From assembly GCA_034780895.1 (NCBI GenBank), contig JAUZTB010000107.1, positions 70,632,158 through 70,696,157 on the forward strand: a stretch of 64,000 bases of DNA, written 5' to 3'. The position numbers and the translations under genes are program-made. Source of the stretch: Rhynchobatus australiae (taxonomy: Eukaryota). Position 1 is the stretch's first letter; each line of letters starts with the position of its first letter. This document shows, in pieces, positions 35,891 through 48,070 of this stretch. A model generated the notes under the pieces. The model worked only from the letters and a program-made list of their open reading frames with translations, searched no databases and had not been told where the DNA came from.

Positions 35891-36945
35891 CAAGCAAGTT
35901 CATTGGTTTAAATCTGGCTTTCTGACCTTCTGAACTGACTCATTTCAGATGGAAACAAGTTATCAGTGTTAAATTACCCACTCCCAGCATTCTTTTTCTC
36001 CCTTTGTGCCTGCTTTCCTGAAGACAATACACATGCAAAATGTTCTCATGAGCACCAACAGATTAGTGTGGTACCTCATCTAAGCATATGTGGCCACAGG
36101 CCAGGGGCTCCCCCATGGTAACTAAAGCTAGATCAGACAGTTGGGTTTAGGAAGGGCAATGAAGAAAGAGAAGAAGATAGAAAGCCAAAGAGCTGAAGGA
36201 GGCAATTCCAGAGGATTGACCCTTGCCAGCTTAAGTCACAGCAATTCACAAGCTCAGCATAACCCAATGTATATAACACTACATCTCTTCTACTCCATGT
36301 GACTGAATCCCATGACACCCACTGTTTTTATCCACTCCATGACTGAAATAAGAAGCATTTCCATTGAGTAAATAACCAGAGAGCATAAATCTAGCAATTT
36401 AGGAGAAAAAATTGTTGCAAAGCATGTTATTAGGATATGACACGCTCCACTAGTAACAATGATGAAAACAAAATCTATAATACCTTTTCAAATGGAAGTG
36501 AATAACTGTTTGATTAAGGAAAATATTAAACTAAACAGTTTGAGGAATAGGTTATGGAAATTGGCTGAAGCAGAAAGCTATCTCAGAACTAATGGATGCA
36601 CAATGGCCAGGAATATCTACTTTTCCTTGCTCTTTAGTTTTCATGGAGAGGCTGTATATTTCTTAAAAAAAAACATATGCAAAGGAATTAAATTGATCAG
36701 AGTTAAGCTCTTCAAGCACTGAAGTTCATTGGAGTAATTCCCTATGACACTTTGTTAAAGAGTTGCAGAGGTGGCCAAGGCAAGGTGTCATCACAAAATG
36801 ATGATACTTGCCTATGTTTAGCATAAGTCGCCAATTTGGTAAAAGAGCTGAAGCTTGAACACGAAGTGGCCAGCTAAAGTATTGTTAAACAGTTATTTTT
36901 CAATTACATTTTCTAGCAGCATTTTTTAAGACTATATCTCATTTG

Positions 36946-38215
36946 AATCAGAGTCAGGTTTATTATCACTGACATATGTCATGAAATTTGTTGTTCTGTG
37001 ACAGCAGTACAGTGCAAGACATGAAAACATAATTACTATAATTTACAAAAATAAATAAGTAGTGCAAAACAAGTATAATGAGGTAGTGTTCATGGACCAT
37101 TCAGAAATCTGATGGCGGAGGGGAAGAAGCTGTTCCTGAAACGATGAGTGTGTATCTTCAAGCTCCTGTACCTCCTCCCCAATGGCAGTAATGTGAAGAG
37201 GGCACGTCCTAGGTGGTGAGGGTCCTTAATGAAGGATGCCGCTTTTTTTTGAGGCACCGCCTCTTGAAGATGTCCTCAATGGCAGGGAGGGTTGTGCCCG
37301 TGATGGAGCTGGCTGAGTCTACAACNNNNNCAGCCTCTTTCCATCCTACACATTGGAGCCACCGTACCAGGTTGTGATGCAACCAGTCAGAATGCTCTCC
37401 ACTGTACTTCTGTAGAAACTTACAAGTCTTTGGTGACATACCAAATCTCCTCAAATTCCAATGAGTAGAGCTGCTGGTGTGCTTTTATCATGAATGCATC
37501 AATATTTTGGGCTCAAGATAGATCCTCTGAGACGATGACACCCAGGAACTTGAAGCTGCTCACCCTTTCCACCGCTGACACCTCCCCTCCCCACCACCCC
37601 CCCTCCCTGCCCATAAAGACTTGTGTGTATTCTCCTGACTTCCCCTTCCTGAAGTCCACAATCAAATCCTTGGTCATGCTGACACTGAGTGCGAGACTGT
37701 TGTTGTGACACCACTCAACCAGCTGATCTATCTCACTCCTGTATGCTGCCTCATCACCATGTAAGATTCTGCCAACAACAGTGGTATCATTGGCAAATTT
37801 ATAGATGGCATTTGAGCTGTGCCTAGCCACAGTCATAAGTGTGGAGAGAGTACAGCAGTGGGCTGTGCACAAATCCTTCAGGTGCGCCTGTGTTGATTGT
37901 CAGCGAAGTGGAGGTATTACTATTGATCCGCACAGACTGTGGTCTCTTGATAAGGAAGTCAAGGATCCAGTTGCAGAGAGAGGTACAAAGGCCCAGGTTT
38001 TGAAGCTTGTTGATTAATACTGAGTGGATGATGGTATTGAACACCAAGCTGTAATCGATGAACAGCAGCCTCTGTTTTGCTGTTGTCTAGGTGTTCCAAA
38101 GCTGAGTGGACAGCCAGTGAGATTGCATCCACTGTAGACCTGTTGCGGTGGTAGGCAAATTGTAGCGGGTCCAGGTCCTTGCTCAGGCAGGAGTTAATTC
38201 TAGCCATGACCAGAC
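36946..38215 (-). mobile_element. Rex1/Babar non-LTR retrotransposon, 5'-truncated RT pseudogene with 3'UTR, in EphA4 intron 14
   Basis: Frameshifted minus-strand ORFs [35 protein letters not shown]...[15 protein letters not shown]...NTGAPEG..SPLLYSL.T, YKFANDTTVVG, ERVSSFKFLGV. The tail ends gtgataataaacctgactctgattc. Confidence 0.9.
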
Positions 38216-38909
38216 TAGACTTGAAGACTTCTCTTAAGAGCAGCCAACTGACTGGACCTGAACAGGTCATTGCAGAGAATGCTGAGTGTTATTTAAAGGC
38301 ATCTGATCTTTTCTTGTACACTTTTTGGGAATGCAAGGGCTTTTAAAACATACTCCAAGAGGTTCTGAGGCACTTGTGTCAAGACTTGACGTACATACAT
38401 TCAACATTTATTCTAAACACTCTCTGAAGGCTTTGCCTAAAGATCTAAATGCACTCCTATGTAATCATATTAGACCTTGTTTTAGGAGTTACCAGAAGAG
38501 TGGGAGTGTTTGCTAGGGGCTGCTCTTGTAAGGAGAAAGGAACTAGAACATGAGGCAACCATTACGGGAGAAAGGGATGGGAGCACAAGGTGGGTGCCTA
38601 CCCCCACATGTACAGGACTTCTGTCCTCAGAAACATCTTCATCTGGTGCTCCCGAGTCATCCTGAAATTGCTGCTTTACATCAGCAGTAGACTCCAGACA
38701 CTCAGTGGAGGTGGGTTTGTTGAGGCGGACATATTACTCCATGATAATTGTGTCTGATCAGCATCTCTGTCTTAAATCTACAGGAATCTCTGTTTTACTG
38801 TCTCAATATGTTCAAGTTATGAAGACCAATAGTAAGGAACAAAAATAAATTTTCAAAATGTTGTGTCATATTCATGCAGCACCAATTGGAGACAGTTTCC
38901 ACTCTTTCA

Positions 38910-39125
<216 letters not shown>

Positions 39126-39168
39126 TCATCAGATAGAAGGTAGGAATTTGTTGTGTTGCCTCTGGTCA

Positions 39169-39676
<508 letters not shown>

Positions 39677-41625
39677 TTAATGAGATGAAAATGAGATATG
39701 GAGAATTAGACTGGCTGTACCTTCATTTATCTTGATAGTTCTAATTTAATTAAAAATGCCACAATCTATGCCCTAGATGCATAGTAGTCTGGATGATTTA
39801 TTGAATAACACGTTGGACACCATCTGTCAGATTAACCCTTACTAGTTATATATTTGCAAGGTCTTGTGTAATTTGGAGAATGTCTCTAGAGTTTAGCTGC
39901 TTGAAAGAAGCTCAGCTTTCCCTCCCATACTTTACACTGACTCTAGGGATCATAATTGCACTTTTTTAGGACGTGACATGTTGCCAAATTGATTTCACAG
40001 GTCCTCTTTGAAGCTGCATCTAGTCACTGGGGCTATTTTCCACTCTTTGGCACTAGTAATAGAAAGTGGAGGAGAATCAGACAGAGGATTCCAGGTTGTT
40101 GATCCCCAACTGTCAATGTAACAAGTGTACCAACAGTGAAAATTACCCCTTTACAGTGAGAAATGAGGTATTCAAAACTTAGATGCCAGTGACTGTTCAC
40201 TGCAATCACTGACTGAGCAAAGCCTGCTGCATTCTAATTCAAATGGAGTTGAATGTTATACATGCAGTTCCTGATGCATTACCCCAACTCCAAATTTGTC
40301 CTCTTTTAAGACACTGCTCATTTGCTAGTTAGGCAGGCACCAGCAGCCCTTGAGCACAGATAACTATTCTTCATGTGTGAGTGCAGCCTGTGTCTGCTGG
40401 AAGTCCATTTGACTCTCAAAGGCATCACAGATAAGTGTAACCCTGTCTACATCTGATATTTACAGACTTAGTCACCGGATGGCAAGAGGAGCTAGGAATG
40501 TGACTAAACTAGCTCTTCTTCCCTGCTCCCCCACATTCCCACAACCCCAGTTCAGGAGTGCCAAAATACTGCTAGCACCTCAAATGAAGAATTGGACCCA
40601 AAATCTCCTAAGTCTACACAGCTCAATACCACAGCAGACTCCTAACCCCAATTACTAACTTTACCACAGCAATTCCCAAGAGAAGATTTAAGTTACTCAG
40701 GCAATTAATCTGCAAGTAGCAGTTCTTTTTTTTTCACGACAGTGAGAGAAAAATGGTTGTACGTTACAGCGTGCATGTAATCCTAGTTCTGGAGTCCAGG
40801 TTGGCATTCAAGTCAGGAACAAGAAGTGCTAAAATGACGGCTTGGAATCAAGTCCGAAAATAATGTTCATGGCTTAATTTGCAATTTTTACTTTTTGTTT
40901 ACCAAATATTGTCATTTATCGTACCTATCAAAATCCAGACAGAAGCAGCTGAGATGAATGCTTTATTAAGTGACAGTCATTAGGAAAGCAGGAGCTTGGG
41001 GAAATGTGCGCATTGTGGTTGTGCACATTCTGCTGGCCATCAAGCAACAGGACACAATAGGTCAGGTTTCACATTCTCTAAACTTAAAATGCAATTTTTA
41101 AAAACTGTAGTGCAAATTGCTTTTGAAAATAAATAATCTTCTGTTACTGCCATGTTTACAGATGAGCTGTAATATTTAATTGTTTCACATTTATCTAGAG
41201 AAGCTCAGCATATTAGTCACTAGGGAAGAAATGAATCCTTGTGCAAGAACATTTATAATTTCTCATCCTTTCACAGGCGGGTAGCCTTAGATATGGTTTA
41301 CGACAAAAAGGAATTGTTTTGCTGCTTAATATCGAGTTCCTTGCCATCTGTTTTCACCTATCCCATGACACCCTGCCAAGTCTGTCACAGTTTCAAAAAA
41401 TATCCTGGCCTAAATAGATCTAGATATTAATTTCACTGCAAATCTTAGTACAAGCTGTCTAAGGATAGAATGTCAATTTGCACCACAAACTCATTTGAAT
41501 CTGCCACGAAGATTAATGACTTGTATTCCAGGGCTTCTCCCTTGTTATTTATCAGTAGGTGTTCCATCTGTCATTTTTAGATAAATGTATGCAGCATTTA
41601 CACTCAGTCCCTTTACTGGACCTAC

Positions 41626-41811
41626 ATTTTGTGACGACCCCCTCTAAGTGGATGATGTTGGGGTGATCAAACTGGCCCATGATGCTTGCTTCACTCAGGA
41701 AATCTCGTCTCTGTTTATCAGTGTAGCCGGCTTTCAGAGTCTTAATGGCAACACAGATCTCTCTCTTGCCTGGCATTTTCAATCGTCCACTACATACTTC
41801 ACCAAATTCAC
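41626..41811 (-). CDS. EPHA4: EphA4 coding exon 11 (kinase N-lobe)
   Basis: cacag|GTGAATTT...ACAAAAT|gtagg, 186 nt. Translates [62 protein letters not shown](C), with the G-loop and VAIK lysine. Confidence 0.97.
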
Positions 41812-41964
41812 CTGTGGAAAAGAATGGGAAGAAAATATAACTTTCAGTTCTGGAACATATGAACAAAAATGGGGCATTTAGTCCCTTGGGTTAATCCCAC
41901 CAATCAACAAGGTCACAGCTGATCCATAAACTAACTGCTTCTTTCTGTGATCACTTCTAACTCC

Positions 41965-42510
41965 ATATAGAGCATTGAACCCTACAATATAAAAACAGGT
42001 CCTTCGGCCCAAATCACCCATGCCAACTGTTGCCTTACCCAAACTAGTCCCACTTGCCTGTGTTTGGCCCTTTCCTATCCATGTAGCTGCTAAATTCCTT
42101 TTGAACCTGGTTATTGTGCCCACCTCTGCCACTTCTAGCAGCTTGTTCCACATACCCACCACACTCTACATGGAAACTGTTGCCACACTTGACCCCTTTA
42201 TATTTTACCCCTCTCACCATATATCTATGCTTTCTAGTTTTAGAGTCCCCTAACCTGGGAAAAAGACTGTGACCATTCACCCTCTCTATGCGCTCATGAT
42301 TTTATACCCCTCCATTAGGTCACCTCTCAGGCTCCTATGCTTCAGCGATAAACGCCCCAGCCAATCTTCTCTCCTTATAACTCGAGGCCTCTAGTCCTGA
42401 TAACATCTTGTGAATCTTTTCTGACCTTTTCCAGCCTAATGACCTCCTTCCTATAGACCAGAACTGCACACAATATTCCAAGTGTGGTCTCATCAATGAT
42501 TTATACAATT
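41965..42510 (-). mobile_element. CR1 LINE 3' fragment
   Basis: aaacaggtccttcggcccaa tail. Minus-strand ORFs SLFPRLGDSKTRKHRYMVRG and GMWNKL.EVAEVGTITRFKRNL. Confidence 0.85.
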
Positions 42511-43686
42511 AACCATTCTCCTGAGATCACTTCACAACTTTGCTTGACAAGAAATTATCAATGTAAGATTTAAATTGACAATTAGCTTTGCATCAATTCC
42601 CAAATCCTACCACTCCCTTTCTTGATGTATTTTCTAGCTTCAATGCTCAAAGTTTTGGCTANNNNNNNNNNNNNNNNNNNNNNNNNNNNNNNNNNNNNNN
42701 NNNNNNNNNNNNNNNNNNNNNTGTACCCTATCAATTTCCCTTCATATCTCAAACTTCAAACAGAACAGTGCTTATCCTTCTGAACTCTGGGGAATTACAC
42801 CCTAGTTTCTGAAATCTCTCCATGTAATTTATCCTAGGAATTGAGGTGTCGTTCTTGTACATCAACACTGCATCTCCTCCAAGGCCAAAATATTCTTCCT
42901 ATATTGTGGCATCTTCAAACACACCTCCAGATATGACCTAGTCAATGTTTTGCAATGCTGTAACATAATTGAATAAAAATTATATTTCTATTCAATTGTA
43001 CAAAATATCACATCCTTAATTTCAGCCCCAACAATGAAACATGTACGTTGAAACATGTATGTTGAATGAAACTGGCCACACAAATACAGTAGGGCATGGT
43101 CTCAATTCACAACTGTGGAACTATTTTCTACCACAATCTGTAACTTTTTTGCCTGGAACAGCCCTCGGTTTACAAAGCAGCCAAAGTTAATCCTGATTAA
43201 ATGCAGTGTGCAGAAAAGCAACAGGATCTGCTAAAAATGGGCTCCCAAAGTGGTGAAGCCAAACCATTGACAACATTTACACTCCCTAAAGACTGAGCCA
43301 ATCAACACTAGACCCAATGGATCAAATCACAAAAACTGCTTTGCCAGATCCAGTTATAAATGCTGGGAGACAATTAAACAACCAACAGGAGGAAGCTCCA
43401 TGAACATCTCTACAAGAGTTGGAGTTCGAAGGATATGACTGAAGAGAACCTGACATAAACATTAATGATTATATAATCCTTCTGAGGTTAGCCTTGGTTT
43501 GCAGGAGAGGAAGCTTTGTGTTGTACCTAAATCCCTCTTAATCTTGGCATGCAAAATAGTATTATTCCTTCGCACCTGCTGCCTCACTTTTATCAAGCAA
43601 TTTTCTGAAGAGAAAATTTAAAAAATATATTGTCCAACCAGAAAGCTGATCATAAATATACTCTGGTCCAATTTATGAATATGTTA

Positions 43687-43848
<162 letters not shown>

Positions 43849-45072
43849 TTACTGTGGTTATGCAGATTGAGGTAAAGGGAATATATCCTTTTGTTTCTAT
43901 AATAAACTAACAAAACATTGTTAATTTTGCACCTTTATAATGCAGCAACATCAACATTTTTCAGGAAGGAATCTCTCTTCACCAATCTTTCTCCTCATCT
44001 CCCAAAGGCACCAGTTTTTGGCTTAAGTACAAATCCACATATCTCCAATACTTGACTCCTGATGAGTGTGTTTGGATGGCAAACGACTGACTGTCAGTCA
44101 AGCCATTCACTCACAGAAGGACTGTAACGACTCTACTTCTGACTTCACGTGACAGCTTGTAACATGAGTACCTGGATAAAAATCTGGAGATGGAATCTTA
44201 GTTCCTTCATGCTCAAAAGCCTGAGGCAAATTGAGCTTCCTAAAGTTGCTCAACTGAAATTACCACAGAACAAATCCAACTGAGATTCTAGCATGGCTAA
44301 CCTTTTTTTTAAAGCTATGTGCCAACATCCTGTGAAGTGTCAGTAGTAGGTTCTTGTCCTTTTATCAGCAACAACATTTGTGGGTTCTTTTTTAAAAAAA
44401 TTGTTGAATAGGTGTTAAAAGGCACAAAGCAGATTTCTTCATGATTCAGCATCAGGGAGGCACTCAAGGATGTTTGTATAATAGTTATACTGTATAAATA
44501 CAAACTGTTTTACAAAGCANNNNNNNNNNTTATGATTTGAAATGAGCATTGATTATGACATAAATCTGGCACCAACTTGATACTGCAACACAGAAACCAC
44601 TTGGATTTGAAGTAAGCTATGTACAACTCTTCTGTTGAAAACACTGGTATGAATGCTTATTAGTATTGTGTTAGTTTTAATGTAAAACAGCAGGATGTCC
44701 TAGTCCAGAACTTGAGGAAACCACCTGATTGCACAGGGCACACCAAATTTCTCCTAACCTCAGAATATCATTGATGAGTATGGTATGGTGATGCAAGTAA
44801 GGTGCCCACAACTTGAACAATATTTCAAAACATGGGTGCTCATAAGACAGGCTCCAGAATTTACAGAGCCGAATCTGGATTCTACCCAGAGTTTAAAATA
44901 AACCACCACCAGGATAAAAGACTATTGTTACCTAGTGTAGCAGAACAGTACAAAGGGCTAATCTGCAATCTCATGCTCTGTAAAATCTTTTACACTATCT
45001 ATTTAGGTACAAAAGTGCAAATACCTGCATAGCCTTTCTGGTATATTATTATGGTTGCTTATTATCACATAC

Positions 45073-45137
45073 CTTGTCCATTATGTAAATGCTTCTCCTC
45101 ATCTGCATCCTGCTTGGCTTTACTATATTTTCTGCGC
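45073..45137 (-). CDS. EPHA4: EphA4 coding exon 9 (juxtamembrane)
   Basis: ctgcag|GCGCAGA...GGACAAG|gtatgt, 65 nt. Translates RRKYSKAKQDADEEKHLHNGQ(G). Phase 2 in and phase 1 out, which fits the neighbouring exons. Confidence 0.94.
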
Positions 45138-46579
45138 CTGCAGGAACAGAGAATAAAGCATAAGATTAATGAGAATGGGGGGAATTAAGAATTCAAGACC
45201 ACCTGCTTGGCTGGGAATGCACTGCATCTCACTGTTCAAACATTCAATTGTACCTTATTGCCTCGTAATTATAGGTCTGGGTCTCCTCCCCCCAGTCCCT
45301 ACCTGCATGACTGTCACCTGCTGAACTTTGCCTGGGGTAAGACACTGCCGTGTATCATTAACCACTGAGAAAGCTGGAGAAATCATTAGCTAGTCATTGA
45401 GCAAGGGAAATGAGGTTAGTGCTGGAAAGTGGTGATCCAGTGAAAGATCAGCCACTNNNNNNNNNNNNNNNNNNNNNNNNNNNNNNNNNNNNNNNNNNNN
45501 NNNNNNNNNNNNNNNNNNNNNNNNNNNNNNNNNNNNNNNNNNNNNNNNNNNNNNNNCAGTTGCAGACTTGGAAAATAAATTGACATTTGGAGATGGCTTA
45601 CCTAACTAAGCCTGAATAGAATAAGGAAGCCTTTGTAACGGTTTGAATTATGTAATTAGAAAGGTTTATGTGGAATGACAGGGCACAGGTAGAGAGTGCT
45701 TTGATAAACAGCAGGGGTCAGAAGGGCCAGCAGGTTCTAGGAGAGACAGAGGGGGCATTCTCTGCAGGCTACCTCAGTACAACACAATAGAGTATTAACA
45801 TGGAATTTGTGGATTCACTCAATGTGGCAAAACAGTTGGAGTCTCAAACTCCAATGCTTTGTTGTTGGTCCCATTATTATTCAAAAAAGCAAAGATAATG
45901 AACAGAGTAAAAGATATTGGCAATGGGCAAACATTTCACTGATAATATTGTCAAGCCTCCCACTTTAATCTGCCCTGCTAAAACAAGTGAAAAAAGAGGT
46001 AACCTTGATTACTTTTCCTTTGAATATGTAGAATGATGATGAAAAAATAATTACTGGGATCATTCTATAGCAGATAATTGGCCAGGATCTAGTGAAAGGA
46101 ATAAAGAGATTTAAACTGCTAAAGAAGATCCTACAAAATGAAACGTCTGCTGTTAATTTTGACAACAAAGAGTTCTTGCTCATTTGGGGAAATGAGAATC
46201 ACAAAAGTCATGCAATAGTTTTATATCCAAATATATAATACATTTAACATGACAATTAACGGTACATAAGAAGGGGTTCCTGTTTTAACTTGTGGCAAGT
46301 TATTTACAGCCATCAGGTGCCATGTGCTTTAAATCTGAGATAAAAGATCATTTAAAAAAATATTTCTTTTCATTGTAGATCAGCATTATGTTGGCAGGGT
46401 GATAGGCACAATGGTAGCAATGAGGACCTCCAAGCCCATTTTGTTTTTACCAACATTAATTCTCAGTGTGTTCTCTGCCACTGTGGTGATTCAAATAAGA
46501 GAGGCTTTGATAATTCACTCAACTTGGTGTAAAGCATTTCACAAAGAGATTTCTAAATAGGAAACACTGGACAACTATT

Positions 46580-47054
46580 AGATGAGCATAAGTAATAGAA
46601 GCAGGTCATTCAGTCCCTCTTATCTTCTTCACTGTTCAAAAAAGATAATGGCTGATCTTTTACCTCACTTTCCTGCACTAACCCCAGATATCATGCCAAA
46701 CAAAACTCTTCCAATCTCTATCTTGAATATAACTGAGCCTCCTCAGATCTCTTGGATAGAGAATTTCAAAGATTCATTCCTCTTTGGGATTAAAAAAAAA
46801 TCATTTTTATACTGAATGAACAATCCCTTGTTTTTAGAATGCAACCCCTCCGCTAGACACTCCAATCAGGGGAAAACATCATCCCAACCCTGTTCTGCCA
46901 AGCCATGTAAAAATGTTGTACATTTCAATAGGATCCTTACTCAGACCTAGTCTGCTTAATTTTTCCTCATAAAACAAACCTGCCATTCCCACAAATTAAG
47001 CTTGTGAACCTCAGGTGCCCTCACACTTGTGTAAATTTAAATTTTCTTTGGTAG
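46580..47054 (-). mobile_element. Old CR1 LINE 3' fragment, probably resuming at 47885-47970 after the gap and Tc1
   Basis: agaagcaggtcattcagtccct...aagataatggctgatct...gagaatttcaaagattca...ggggaaaacatc. Confidence 0.7.
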
Positions 47055-47600
47055 NNNNNNNNNNNNNNNNNNNNNNNNNNNNNNNNNNNNNNNNNNNNNN
47101 NNNNNNNNNNNNNNNNNNNNNNNNNNNNNNNNNNNNNNNNNNNNNNNNNNNNNNNNNNNNNNNNNNNNNNNNNNNNNNNNNNNNNNNNNNNNNNNNNNNN
47201 NNNNNNNNNNNNNNNNNNNNNNNNNNNNNNNNNNNNNNNNNNNNNNNNNNNNNNNNNNNNNNNNNNNNNNNNNNNNNNNNNNNNNNNNNNNNNNNNNNNN
47301 NNNNNNNNNNNNNNNNNNNNNNNNNNNNNNNNNNNNNNNNNNNNNNNNNNNNNNNNNNNNNNNNNNNNNNNNNNNNNNNNNNNNNNNNNNNNNNNNNNNN
47401 NNNNNNNNNNNNNNNNNNNNNNNNNNNNNNNNNNNNNNNNNNNNNNNNNNNNNNNNNNNNNNNNNNNNNNNNNNNNNNNNNNNNNNNNNNNNNNNNNNNN
47501 NNNNNNNNNNNNNNNNNNNNNNNNNNNNNNNNNNNNNNNNNNNNNNNNNNNNNNNNNNNNNNNNNNNNNNNNNNNNNNNNNNNNNNNNNNNNNNNNNNNN

Positions 47601-47882
47601 ACTGTGAACAAGCCATCGCCCTAACAAGCTAATGAAGGTCTGAGACCTTGGTAAAAGTTATCTGAGAGCTCAAATCTCTTGGGGTGCCTAAACTTTTGCA
47701 TGGTGCACCTTTCCTTTCTTCACCCTAAATTTGTACAAAATGGAAATAATACACCAATCTTGTTTAAAATGTTGACAAGAGTGTTTCGTCTTTAACTTTA
47801 TGACTTTTGGAGATAAGCTCACTTAACTATTCACAGTAACAGAAATTTTGACCAGGGGTGCCCAAACTTTTGCATGCCACTG
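47601..47882. mobile_element. Tc1/mariner DNA transposon end with IR/DR-type terminal repeat
   Basis: The terminus reads CAGTGGCATGCAAAAGTTTGGGCACCCC on the minus strand. Two 22-bp direct repeats ggggtgcc(t/c)aaacttttgcatg at 47681 and 47855. The rest is hidden in the gap 47055-47600. Confidence 0.8.
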
Positions 47883-47974
47883 TGATTAGAGCAAGACATT
47901 TCTGGTCTTGTATTCAATCCTCTTGCGATTAAAAAGCCAACGTACTGTTTGCCTTCTGAATGCTGCTTATATGA

Positions 47975-48070
47975 TACTATGTGCCTGTGATGCTGCTGTA
48001 AGTTTTTCATTGACACCTGTGCATACATACATGTACTGGTACATGTGACAATAAACTCAACTTCGACTTC
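47975..48070 (+). mobile_element. Isolated LINE 3' tail (Rex1/Babar-type)
   Basis: tgtgatgctgctgtaagtttttcattg...gtacatgtgacaataaactcaacttcgacttc. Confidence 0.6.

Noticed and set aside
37209-38270. Active reverse transcriptase gene
   Set aside because: The sequence is split over several frames with stops, the catalytic FADD is mutated to FAND, and it is 5'-truncated.
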